From positions 291 to 64,290 of the forward strand of contig JBBIJP010000002.1 in the NCBI GenBank assembly GCA_037445935.1: a stretch of 64,000 bases of DNA. The letters are read 5' to 3'. This document shows positions 49,056 through 58,192 of this stretch, piece after piece. The stretch is from Ignavibacterium sp. (GTDB lineage: Bacteria > Bacteroidota > Ignavibacteria > Ignavibacteriales > Ignavibacteriaceae). The number at the start of each line of letters is the position of its first letter. The stretch's first letter is position 1. A model generated the notes under the pieces. It did no database searches. It worked only from the letters and a program-made list of their open reading frames with translations, and had not been told where the DNA came from. Made by a program: the position numbers and the translations under genes.

Positions 49056-52000
49056 TTACTGATTGCTTTCTGCAAAATCGAAATCTTCATTAAAACGCAC
49101 GGCAACAAGTTTAGAAATACCGTCTTCTTGCATAGTCACTCCGTAGAGTGTTTCTGCAGCTTCCATAGTTCGTTTGTTGTGAGTTACAACGATAAACTGA
49201 GTGTCTTTTTTAAACTCATTCAGAATACGGGTAAATCTATCAATGTTGGCATCATCTAAAGGTGCATCTATTTCATCAAGAATACAGAAAGGGCTTGGTT
49301 TAACAAGATAAATAGCGAACAAGAGAGCAATTGCTGTTAAAGTTTTTTCTCCTCCGGAAAGTAAATCAATAGACGTAGGTCTTTTGCCGCGCGGCTTTGC
49401 AATAATTTCTATCTTTGCTTCGAGAGGATCATTATTCTCTTCAAGTCTCAAATCTGCTTCATCACCGGGGTCAAAGAGAGTCCTGAAAATCTTTATGAAA
49501 TTTTCTCTTATCTTGTCAAATGTTTCTTTGAATAATGTTTGTGCAGTCTGATTGATTTCTTCAATTGTTTTTATCACATCCTTTTCGGACTCTAATAAAT
49601 CATTTCTTTGTTTTAAGAGAAAGTCAAGCCGTTGTTTTTCTTCTTCAAATTCTGAGTATGCAAGAAGATTCACAGGACCAAGATTTTTAATCTTTTCTTT
49701 AAGTTCCTGTACTTCAGAGTGTCTGGATTGAAAATCAAAATTGTTTAAGTCTTCAAACTCTTTCAGCAATAGCTGAAGCGAATATGTTTCTTTTATATGT
49801 TCGACTAAAGAATCTGTTTTCATCTCAAGTTCTTTAAGTAAAATATCTGATTTGAAAATAGATTCCTGAATCTGTTCTCGCTGAGTTCTTAATTTTTTTA
49901 ATTCAGCTTCTTTTTGATTAGTCTGAAATTTCAGATCACGATATTTTGTCTCAATTTCTTCAAGATGAACTGAAAGTGTGTTTAACTGCTCTTCAAATTC
50001 TTTTAAATTATTATTTTCAATACTGAGCTGCTCTGTTATTTTAATAGACTCATCATCAGATGTTTGAATATCACTTTGCTTTCTTTGAATACTTAGGTTA
50101 AGTGAATTGATTGATTCTTCAGAATACTGAATAGAGTTTTGATAATTTTTTAACTCTCCAAGAATTCGCTCAATTTCAATCTCAAGGTTATTCTTTTCGG
50201 TTAGAGCTTTGTTGTATTTCTGTTGAGTTGAAGACAAATCACTTTCAATTTGCTTTTGCAAAGCCTCCAGCGAGTTCTTTTCGTTTATAGAATTATTCAG
50301 AGACTTTAAAATTTCTTCCTTTTGATTCTCAAGTTTATTCGACTCTAATATCAGGTCTTTAATTTCTTTCTGCGTTTTATCTATTTCATCATTTGACTTT
50401 TTAATCTCATAATCAAACTGAGAGATTTGTTTTTCAATAGCAGCAAGATCATTTACTAACATTTTCCCTCTTTCCGAAAGCACAGAAAGATCAATTTGAT
50501 TTAATTGAGATTCTTTATCGGAGATTTGCTTTTGAATTTGGGAAAGTTGTGCTTCGAATTTTGGAAATTCAGATTTAAGATTTTCAAGAAGTTTTTTACG
50601 TCCAAAAAGAGTATCATCTAATCTTGGTTCAGAACCGGCAGTTATAAATCCTTCTTTGGAAATAAAATCACCATTGAGAGTGGCGTAACTGAAATTCTTA
50701 TATTTTTTGTAAAGCTCAAAAGCTGTTTCAAGGTCGTTGATAATACTAATATCTTTAAGAATATTTTGAAAGAAGCCTCTCCACTTTTCTTCTGAGTCAA
50801 TAAAATCAACAGCCCAACCAACAAAATTCGGATGTTTGGAAATCTTCTTTGCTTTTCTTTTATCAATGAATTTCTGAATCCTGTCTAAAAATCCAACAGA
50901 CTTAGTAACGGAATCAGATGGAATAAAGAAAGTTGCTTTACCTATTTTTTTATCTGTTAAAAATTTAATTCCATTTAACAAATCTTCCGAAGAATCAACA
51001 ACAAGATTATTCAACAAATTTTTTAGAGCAGCTTCAATTGCAAAACGATATTTATCTTCTGTGTTTCCTATATGAGCAAGAATGGTAGATTTATTTTTTG
51101 ACCAAGATTTATCAGCTAAAAGAGTTTTTGCTCCTTTTGAAATTCCTTCGAGATTATCAATAAGATTTTGAATGAATTCAATTTTTTCTTTGAGAGCATT
51201 TATAACGCCGCGTAACTCAACTTCTTTTTCTTTTAGCTCAGCTAACTGATTTTCAATTAAAGATTTTTCATTTTGTTTTTGGATATAAAGAGATTCGGCA
51301 TCTTCTATTCTTTTCTTCGTCTCGTCACGTTCATTACTTAATTCTTCAATAAATCCAACCGTTTTAGCAATCGTATTTGTAGTGTTAATGATTTTAGTGT
51401 CTAATTTTTCAGTTTGATTTTTTTTATCTGAAATTAGTTGATCAAGATTACTTAATTGATTTTCGAATGTATTTATATCCCGAATCTTATTGATAAGCAA
51501 ATCCGAATGAGCTTTGAGTTTATTATTTATCTCATACAATTCAGCTGAGATTAATTCTAACTCTTTCAAAGAACTCGCTTTTTGAAGTTGTTTTTCTTCC
51601 AGAGTTTTATTGAGTTCAGAAATTAATAGATTAGATCTTTCAATTGTTCGTTTTGCATTTTCAAGCTCATTTTGAAATTGAATTATTTCATCCGCAAACC
51701 GAATTTTGTTCTGCTCAAGGGATTTCTTTCTTTCGGATTGAACTGAAAGATATTTCTGAGATTGATGAATTTTTTCCTTTAACTGATTAATCTTCTCTCT
51801 TTTTTCCTGAAGTTCATTTTCTATAGTTGAAAGATTATCGCGCTGGACAACGATTTCATCTTCTGCTCTTTTTATTTCAGATTCAACATGAATTTTTTGG
51901 GTGAAATTTTCTTCTTTGGATGTTTTCTCTTCATTTATTTTATGGAAAAGCAAAGCATATTCTTTTTCAGCCAAATCTAATTCAAGCTCTCTCAATTGAG

Positions 52001-52658
52001 CGGAAAGCTGAGTAAACCTGTTGGATTTTTTCGCTTGCCTTTCAAGAGAATTTACTTTTTTCTCTACTTCAGCAACAATATCATTCACTCGGCTTAGATC
52101 AGCTTTGACTTCATCTAATTTTTTAAGAGCTAATCTTCTTCTCAACTTATACTTATTAACTCCGGCGGCTTCTTCAAACAAAACTCTTCGTTCCTCTGCC
52201 TTATTGCTTAGTATGATTTCAACCATCTTTAATTCGATTACCGAATAAGCATTAGCGCCAATTCCAGTATCCATAAAAAGATTAGTAATGTCTTTAAGTC
52301 TGCATAAGTTTTTATTGAGAAGATATTCGCTTTCACCTGAACGGAAAATTCTTCTTGTGATTGTTACATCATTATATTCGGTTGGCAGGATTCCCTTTGT
52401 GTTCTGAATTGTTAAAGAGACTTCTGCCATTCCCATTGGTTTTTTGGTTGCAGTTCCATTGAAAATAACGTTTTCCATCTTATCGCTTCTCAGCACGCCA
52501 CTGCGCTGCTCTCCAAGACACCATCTTAAAGCATCAACTACATTCGTTTTTCCGCATCCATTCGGACCAACAATGGAAGTTATGCCTTCATTAAAGTTTA
52601 TTGTGGTCTTGTATGCAAAAGACTTGAAACCGAATATTTCAATTTTAGAGAGATACAA
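49056..52658 (-). CDS. smc: Chromosome segregation protein SMC
   Basis: GFKSF, VGPNGCGKTN, coiled coils and hinge, LSGGEK, LDEIDAPLD, VVTHN; TTG start. Confidence 0.97.
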   Translation of the reverse strand: MYLSKIEIFGFKSFAYKTTINFNEGITSIVGPNGCGKTNVVDALRWCLGEQRSGVLRSDKMENVIFNGTATKKPMGMAEVSLTIQNTKGILPTEYNDVTITRRIFRSGESEYLLNKNLCRLKDITNLFMDTGIGANAYSVIELKMVEIILSNKAEERRVLFEEAAGVNKYKLRRRLALKKLDEVKADLSRVNDIVAEVEKKVNSLERQAKKSNRFTQLSAQLRELELDLAEKEYALLFHKINEEKTSKEENFTQKIHVESEIKRAEDEIVVQRDNLSTIENELQEKREKINQLKEKIHQSQKYLSVQSERKKSLEQNKIRFADEIIQFQNELENAKRTIERSNLLISELNKTLEEKQLQKASSLKELELISAELYEINNKLKAHSDLLINKIRDINTFENQLSNLDQLISDKKNQTEKLDTKIINTTNTIAKTVGFIEELSNERDETKKRIEDAESLYIQKQNEKSLIENQLAELKEKEVELRGVINALKEKIEFIQNLIDNLEGISKGAKTLLADKSWSKNKSTILAHIGNTEDKYRFAIEAALKNLLNNLVVDSSEDLLNGIKFLTDKKIGKATFFIPSDSVTKSVGFLDRIQKFIDKRKAKKISKHPNFVGWAVDFIDSEEKWRGFFQNILKDISIINDLETAFELYKKYKNFSYATLNGDFISKEGFITAGSEPRLDDTLFGRKKLLENLKSEFPKFEAQLSQIQKQISDKESQLNQIDLSVLSERGKMLVNDLAAIEKQISQFDYEIKKSNDEIDKTQKEIKDLILESNKLENQKEEILKSLNNSINEKNSLEALQKQIESDLSSTQQKYNKALTEKNNLEIEIERILGELKNYQNSIQYSEESINSLNLSIQRKQSDIQTSDDESIKITEQLSIENNNLKEFEEQLNTLSVHLEEIETKYRDLKFQTNQKEAELKKLRTQREQIQESIFKSDILLKELEMKTDSLVEHIKETYSLQLLLKEFEDLNNFDFQSRHSEVQELKEKIKNLGPVNLLAYSEFEEEKQRLDFLLKQRNDLLESEKDVIKTIEEINQTAQTLFKETFDKIRENFIKIFRTLFDPGDEADLRLEENNDPLEAKIEIIAKPRGKRPTSIDLLSGGEKTLTAIALLFAIYLVKPSPFCILDEIDAPLDDANIDRFTRILNEFKKDTQFIVVTHNKRTMEAAETLYGVTMQEDGISKLVAVRFNEDFDFAESNQ

Positions 52659-52661
52659 TTA

Positions 52662-55256
52662 TTATAATACTTTAAACTGTTTTAATACAAGTGTGATGTT
52701 ATCTATTATAGAATTATTTATTTCGAAATACAATAGAATTCCTGAAAAAACTAAAAGCAGAAATAGAAAACTATAAAAGTAAACAGGTCCCGGGTTTACA
52801 TCATAAATGATATAAATTCCCTTTATCAATCTGAAAATCAACCAGATTTTAATAAGAACAAGAGATATGTAAATGTAAGTATTTATTAGTTCTGTATTCA
52901 ATACGCGATATAATATTATTCCAATAGGAATAAATAACACAAGTGGAACTAAAGACCAGACAATAACAAAAAAAACATTTGACACATAAACTTTATTTCG
53001 AACAAAAAAAGCTGCAGCTTTAATTATAATCATTAACAAAAAGAGAAATGCTAATGAAACAATAAACAACCATAAAATTGAATTTAGTGGATTCCAAGCA
53101 AGGTAATTAACAGCAGAAACTAAAGATTTACTGCCAAATGCCAGGAGCAATTTTTCGATAAATAAATCTGACCTGAAATAATTTAAGAGATTGCTTGCTA
53201 CAAGACTACCCGTAAGACAAATAACTAAAAGAAGGAAAATGGATTGATATCCGGAAATAATTCTCTGATCTCTAACATCTGCGAAAAAGTTATATGGTCG
53301 CAGAAGTGCTCTTGTTGCATCTTCTCTGAATTTTTTACCTGAGTTAACGAGAACTCCCATAAAAAGTGCTAAAAACAAACCGGTAATGATAAAAATCATC
53401 GGGGAATCATCTTTATTGCTCCCGATTGGAATTGTAACTCGTTCGGTATCCTGAAGGTATGAGGTTACAACTTTGTATGACAATCTTTCTTCTTTTCTAT
53501 CTTCGGATATCAATCCGATTTTATAAACGTTTTCTTTATCAAACTTAAAGAATAAAGATGAGAAGTCTCCTCTGAAGTCAAAAATTGAATTTATGAAATA
53601 GCCAGAATAATCATTACTATCTGAATATTTTATTAAATCTTCAAAAAATTTTGCCTGAGCTTCGTAGGAATATTTATTAGTATAACCATCAGTTTGTCCA
53701 ATACTAATTGTATAAGTAGCATCAGAAAAATAAATCCTTCCCTTACCAATTTTCGCAAACAAATCTTCTATTTTTTTCGAATTTGTATAGACAGATTCAT
53801 TAATTAGTTCAATTCCGTATAAGTCTATTCCATCGATTATATTCAAATCATAATTAAAAAAAGATGCAGAAACTATCAGATTTTTCTTCTTTTTAATAAA
53901 ATCACTTATTTCAGTTAAGAAAGAAGTTTGTGCTTCGGAGTTAGAGAGATATGACGACCCCAGATTTATTATAGAAAATAATGAATGCTCATTATAAGCC
54001 TTTAATAATAACCCCAAATAATCTTTAACTCTTATTCTGAAATTCTGAGAATTTGCGAGTTTTTCTGGAACATCAGCTAATGGTAAATCAATAATTGGTA
54101 GTAAGCCGTAAATTTCACAAAGTTTTAATAAATAAGGAAGCGGTGTTGATTTGATTATTCTTACAGAATTAAAACCACTCGTCTTTATTCGCTTTATATC
54201 TCTTTCCATCTGTTCGAAAGAAATCAAAGGTCCGAAATTATAAAAAGCAGGAACGTAAGTAACTCCCCGAAAATGAAAAGGTTTGCCATTCAAACTCAGG
54301 AAATCATCATTTACCTTTAATTCAAACAAAGCCAACGAATGCTCATAACTACTAATCACTACACCATTTCTCTGGACTTCAGCTTTAATTGTATAGCTGA
54401 CAGGAAAATCAGGAGACCATAATAAAGGATTATTAAGAATGAGATTACTCTTAATATCAACTTCTTTGTTTTTTTTTAATTGAAAATCATTTTTATCTGT
54501 GGCTATTATTGTTTTACCATCTGGCGAAACAATCTGAATATTTAATGTAAAGAAACTTCTGTCTGTCTGAATTGTATCGGAAACTGCGGTGGATTCTTTA
54601 TTCTCAATCAAAGTGTTTAATTCAAGTTTTGCACGGTTTGAAGAAAAGTCGATATTAGTTCTAACATCTAATGCCTGGATATTGACGGCGGAAGATATTT
54701 TTAGAAAAACATCTCTTATTATTCCACCAAAATTTTTAGGAAAAAGGAATCTTTTATTTAAAGGAATTGTGGTCTCTGAGGTGATATTGTAGAGTAATGT
54801 AACTTGTAAGACATTATCTTTACCAGAAAATAAAATATCTCTTGGTAATGAAATGTTAAATTGAATATCTCCGCCCGTGTGTCTGTATATCAAGGCATTA
54901 TTTACGCTGATATCAGCAGAATAATTTAACCCAAGAAAAACAAGATCGATTTTTCCATTTTTGATATCTTCGGCATCAAGTTTGAATTTTTTCCGGTAAA
55001 CAAAGCTGCCCTCTCCCTCGAAAACAGAGGGAACGGAGACTGAAAATTTGTTATCTGGGTCTTTTGACGGAAAAACTTCCCATTTACTATTAAGTGAAAT
55101 TATTTTTGAATAAGAATTAACAAGTCCGGATTTTTCAAAAATATTATTACCCCTAAGGGCTTCTGGTAAATCTCTAAAAACTACCTGAGAATACGAAATG
55201 TTAAAGTACAATAAAAATAATAGTGTTAAGGTTTTTCGGCTTAGAACTCTTATCAA
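52662..55256 (-). CDS. GH2-fold periplasmic protein with degenerate catalytic site and multi-TM C-terminus
   Basis: SLNSKW, LVFLGLNYSADISVN, GGIIRDV, LWSPDFPVSY, LNGKPFHFRGV, GFNSVR; about 6 C-terminal TM helices. Confidence 0.75.
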   Translation of the reverse strand: MIRVLSRKTLTLLFLLYFNISYSQVVFRDLPEALRGNNIFEKSGLVNSYSKIISLNSKWEVFPSKDPDNKFSVSVPSVFEGEGSFVYRKKFKLDAEDIKNGKIDLVFLGLNYSADISVNNALIYRHTGGDIQFNISLPRDILFSGKDNVLQVTLLYNITSETTIPLNKRFLFPKNFGGIIRDVFLKISSAVNIQALDVRTNIDFSSNRAKLELNTLIENKESTAVSDTIQTDRSFFTLNIQIVSPDGKTIIATDKNDFQLKKNKEVDIKSNLILNNPLLWSPDFPVSYTIKAEVQRNGVVISSYEHSLALFELKVNDDFLSLNGKPFHFRGVTYVPAFYNFGPLISFEQMERDIKRIKTSGFNSVRIIKSTPLPYLLKLCEIYGLLPIIDLPLADVPEKLANSQNFRIRVKDYLGLLLKAYNEHSLFSIINLGSSYLSNSEAQTSFLTEISDFIKKKKNLIVSASFFNYDLNIIDGIDLYGIELINESVYTNSKKIEDLFAKIGKGRIYFSDATYTISIGQTDGYTNKYSYEAQAKFFEDLIKYSDSNDYSGYFINSIFDFRGDFSSLFFKFDKENVYKIGLISEDRKEERLSYKVVTSYLQDTERVTIPIGSNKDDSPMIFIITGLFLALFMGVLVNSGKKFREDATRALLRPYNFFADVRDQRIISGYQSIFLLLVICLTGSLVASNLLNYFRSDLFIEKLLLAFGSKSLVSAVNYLAWNPLNSILWLFIVSLAFLFLLMIIIKAAAFFVRNKVYVSNVFFVIVWSLVPLVLFIPIGIILYRVLNTELINTYIYISLVLIKIWLIFRLIKGIYIIYDVNPGPVYFYSFLFLLLVFSGILLYFEINNSIIDNITLVLKQFKVL

Positions 55257-55297
55257 AATAGACCTTTTAATGAATAAAAACAGAATTTTTTAACGTG

Positions 55298-55328
55298 CAA
55301 ATATATCCTCAAATTGAGGGCAATGCAA
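55298..55328 (-). promoter_or_regulatory. Bacteroidota-type promoter of the GH2-like/smc/lpx operon, with a palindrome in the spacer
   Basis: Minus strand: TTG (55328-55326), 20-nt spacer, TATATTTG (55305-55298); CCTCAA-A-TTGAGG at 55307-55319. Confidence 0.6.
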
Positions 55329-55475
55329 TTAAAGAATTTTGCCTGAAGAAGAGATGGGATGAGGAATTATTGGCATTTTTAAGCTTTTGGCGTTTAAAGT
55401 CATAAATCTTTTTTGAGATGTAGGTGAGAGTTATTTTTGAAAGTACAATTCAAAAAATTATTAGGGAGAACTTCC

Positions 55476-55784
55476 GTGAAAACAATTCTTTTAATACTTA
55501 TCGGAAAAAGAAAACAAGCCGCTGTTCAAGTTCAAAAGGTTTTAACCGGCTGGGGTTGTATAATAAGAACAAGAATCGGCATCCACGACGGAGTTTTAGA
55601 AAACTGCACTGATAAGGGTCTTTTAATTCTGGAACTTGTTGGTGACAGAAAAAAGATGGATGAATTAGCAAGAAAAGTATCTTTAATAAAAGACGTTTCT
55701 TCTCAGCTTGTTGATTTAAATGTTACTGGTGAGGAAAAAGCAGAAAAGAAAACAACAAAATCGACCAAAATCAAAAAAGCATAA
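55476..55784 (+). CDS. Small ACT/ferredoxin-fold protein, TM1266-like (iron-only hydrogenase system regulator-like), with Lys-rich tail
   Basis: GGGAG SD then GTG 55476; AVQVQKVLTGWGCIIRTRIGIHD...C...GLLILELVG pattern. Confidence 0.65.
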   Translation: MKTILLILIGKRKQAAVQVQKVLTGWGCIIRTRIGIHDGVLENCTDKGLLILELVGDRKKMDELARKVSLIKDVSSQLVDLNVTGEEKAEKKTTKSTKIKKA

Positions 55785-55790
55785 TAAGAT

Positions 55791-55826
55791 TATTCCTGCA
55801 AAGGTTATTTAACTAAGCTGGGAATA
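55791..55826. terminator. Imperfect hairpin between convergent genes
   Basis: TATTCC...GGAATA outer stem with an inner GGTT/AACT pairing, followed by a T-run. Confidence 0.4.
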
Positions 55827-55834
55827 TTTTTAAC

Positions 55835-56416
55835 TTATAGCTCTACAAAATTTTTGAGCAATTTAATTCCGTTTTGCCCTGATTTCTGTGGAAGAAATTG
55901 AACGCCATAAAAATTATTTTTTCTTACGCTTGAGGAAATATAAGGGTAATCTTTGAGGAAAGATGTTGTGCATAAACTTATTGGAAAATCAATCACTTCA
56001 TCAAAATAAAATTCAGAATTATCATTTATACCTTCAAAGATTGGGTCTTTTTCTATCTGGATGATTTCATAAAAATTTTGTTTTAGCTCGCTTATGGTAA
56101 TATTCTCAGTGTTTTCAATCTTTTCAGGAATCATACCGAGACAAGCGGTATTACCAATGTATTCACACATAATTTGAAAACCACAGTTTATTCCTAATAT
56201 CGGTTTATCAGAAATCATTCTTAAAGCAGAAAAAAGATTCATCAAATGAATTTTTCTTATTGCTTTAGAAATACTTCCTGAAAATGAAATGATAATTTTT
56301 GATGATTTTAATATCTCAGTTTCGTTAATTGTGATTTTGAAATCGCAATTCATTGCCTTTAATGAATCAGCAAGCTCTATGGAATGATTATGATCGATGT
56401 TTAAAATGGCTATCAT
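55835..56416 (-). CDS. HisH-like class I glutamine amidotransferase homologue lacking the catalytic triad
   Basis: KPILGINCGFQ (canonical GICLGMQ), NFYGVQFLPQKSG (canonical QFHPEKSG), GIKLLKNF. Confidence 0.8.
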   Translation of the reverse strand: MIAILNIDHNHSIELADSLKAMNCDFKITINETEILKSSKIIISFSGSISKAIRKIHLMNLFSALRMISDKPILGINCGFQIMCEYIGNTACLGMIPEKIENTENITISELKQNFYEIIQIEKDPIFEGINDNSEFYFDEVIDFPISLCTTSFLKDYPYISSSVRKNNFYGVQFLPQKSGQNGIKLLKNFVEL

Positions 56417-56417
56417 T

Positions 56418-57446
56418 TTAATTCTGATTCTCGAGCGATTTCAATTCCATAATTTTTTTATCGAGAATCTGAATTTTTTCATTCAGTTCAATAAGTTTTA
56501 AGTCTATTTGCTTTTCAAATTCTGCTTTATCCCAATAACCTCTGTTTTCAAAATATGTTTTGAATAGCCAGTTGTGTTTGAGTGCTTCCATATTTTCTGC
56601 AAGACGCGATGCACTGATTTTCGTATCTTCAGAGACTTGAACGAGATTTTCAAGAATTTTATTTATGCTTTTTCCTTCAGTGCCTTGATCGGTCATTAAA
56701 GTGCCTAATACTCCTTTGCCCTCAGAAACTCCTCTTAGCAAAGAATCAATACCGGCAACAACATTGTTTGTGTTATTGACTACAGTTTCAACTCCTTTTC
56801 CCAATTTATCAAATAGGGATATAATATTTCTTAAATCCTCAGTCAATGAAGTTAAACTTTTATCAGCGGTTCCTGTAATATTAGTTGCAGCTCTGTAAAG
56901 TTCTTCATCATTAAGTATTTTACCTATTGTTCCTTCTCCGTTATTTACCCGGGCGATAATTTCGGAAAGATTTTTGGTCATCTCTTTCGTATAAGAGAGA
57001 ATTCCCTGAGTTTCGTCAATCACATCAGCAAAACTTAATGGTTCACGAGAGAGTATTGTTCCATTATCTTCAATTACATCAGCATTTGCTGAGCCCATTG
57101 TAATTACGACAACTTTATTTCCAACCAATCCTTCCGTTTCAATGCTGGCACGAGAGTCTCTTTTGATGAAACGTCTTACTTCTGATTTAATTCTCATTGT
57201 AATTTCAACTAAACCAGAAGTGTCTGGCATTATTTTAATATCTTTAACTGCACCCACATCTATTCCGCCAAACCGTACAGAAGCGCCATTTCTGAGTCCT
57301 TCGGTGTTTTTAAAGTATGCTTTAATATTAAATGTTGAAACAAATAACTGGTCTTTATTGCCGAGCATAAAAATACCGACAATTAACAGAACGCTTCCGA
57401 AGAAAATAAAAATTCCTAATTTGGCTCCACTTAAATCTTTAAGCAT
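56418..57446 (-). CDS. mlaD: MlaD/MCE family protein with long helical extension
   Basis: N-terminal TM, GLRNGASVRFGGIDVGAV, ASIETEGLVGNK, GEGTIGKILND. Confidence 0.88.
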   Translation of the reverse strand: MLKDLSGAKLGIFIFFGSVLLIVGIFMLGNKDQLFVSTFNIKAYFKNTEGLRNGASVRFGGIDVGAVKDIKIMPDTSGLVEITMRIKSEVRRFIKRDSRASIETEGLVGNKVVVITMGSANADVIEDNGTILSREPLSFADVIDETQGILSYTKEMTKNLSEIIARVNNGEGTIGKILNDEELYRAATNITGTADKSLTSLTEDLRNIISLFDKLGKGVETVVNNTNNVVAGIDSLLRGVSEGKGVLGTLMTDQGTEGKSINKILENLVQVSEDTKISASRLAENMEALKHNWLFKTYFENRGYWDKAEFEKQIDLKLIELNEKIQILDKKIMELKSLENQN

Positions 57447-58191
57447 TTGAAATCTCTGATTTATTTATAACTTCGTGTTTAAAGAACTTAATTAAAAATT
57501 CGTCATTAGAGGAAGTCATTTCTTCTAAACTTCCTTCAAAAATAATTTTACCTTCATTTAACATAATAGCTCTATCAGCAATGATTTCAGCACATAGTAA
57601 ATCGTGAGTTACTACAACAGAGGTCATCTTTAAAGATTTCTGTAATTCAAGAATCAGCATACTGATTTCTTTAGAAGTGATTGGGTCTAAGCCAGTAGTT
57701 GGTTCATCATAAAGCATTAACTTTGGTTCTGTAATTATTGCTCTTGCAAGCCCAACCCTTTTTCTCATTCCCCCTGAAAGCTCTGATGGCATTTTATCAA
57801 TTGCGTCAAGCAGAGAAACTTTTTCCAACACCGATACAATTTTTTCTTCTCTTTCTTTTGGAGTAAAATTAAAATTTCTTACCAGAGGAAATTCAAGGTT
57901 ATGTCTGACACTCATTGAGTCAAACAAAGCAGCACTCTGAAAGAGAAAACCAATTTGTTTTCTAAGATTATTAAGTTCTTTGATCTCGAGAGATAGTACA
58001 TCATAATCCTGAATAAAAATTTTTCCGCTGTCAGTTTCTAATAATCTTACAATACATTTTAATAATACGCTTTTACCGGTTCCGCTTCTGCCAAAGATAA
58101 CCAGATTATCTCCATCGGCAGCTTCGAGCGAAACGTTATCTAACACTACTTTGCTATCAAATCTTTTTGAAAGTTTTTCTATTCTTAGCAT
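57439..58191 (-). CDS. mlaF: MlaF-type ABC ATPase
   Basis: GRSGTGKS, FQSAALFDSM, LSGGMRKRVGLARA, YDEPTTGLDP. Confidence 0.9.
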   Translation of the reverse strand: MLRIEKLSKRFDSKVVLDNVSLEAADGDNLVIFGRSGTGKSVLLKCIVRLLETDSGKIFIQDYDVLSLEIKELNNLRKQIGFLFQSAALFDSMSVRHNLEFPLVRNFNFTPKEREEKIVSVLEKVSLLDAIDKMPSELSGGMRKRVGLARAIITEPKLMLYDEPTTGLDPITSKEISMLILELQKSLKMTSVVVTHDLLCAEIIADRAIMLNEGKIIFEGSLEEMTSSNDEFLIKFFKHEVINKSEISNA

Positions 58192-58192
58192 A

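Noticed and set aside
49056-52658. SMC as part of a Wadjet/Mks or SbcCD defence or repair system
   Set aside because: It is a canonical hinge-containing SMC of 1200 aa with no jetABD, mksEF or sbcD neighbours.
55424-55612. Alternative 62-aa ORF and the TTG 55437 start for the ACT-like gene
   Set aside because: GTG 55476 has a GGGAG SD and matches the domain start; the other frame has no features.
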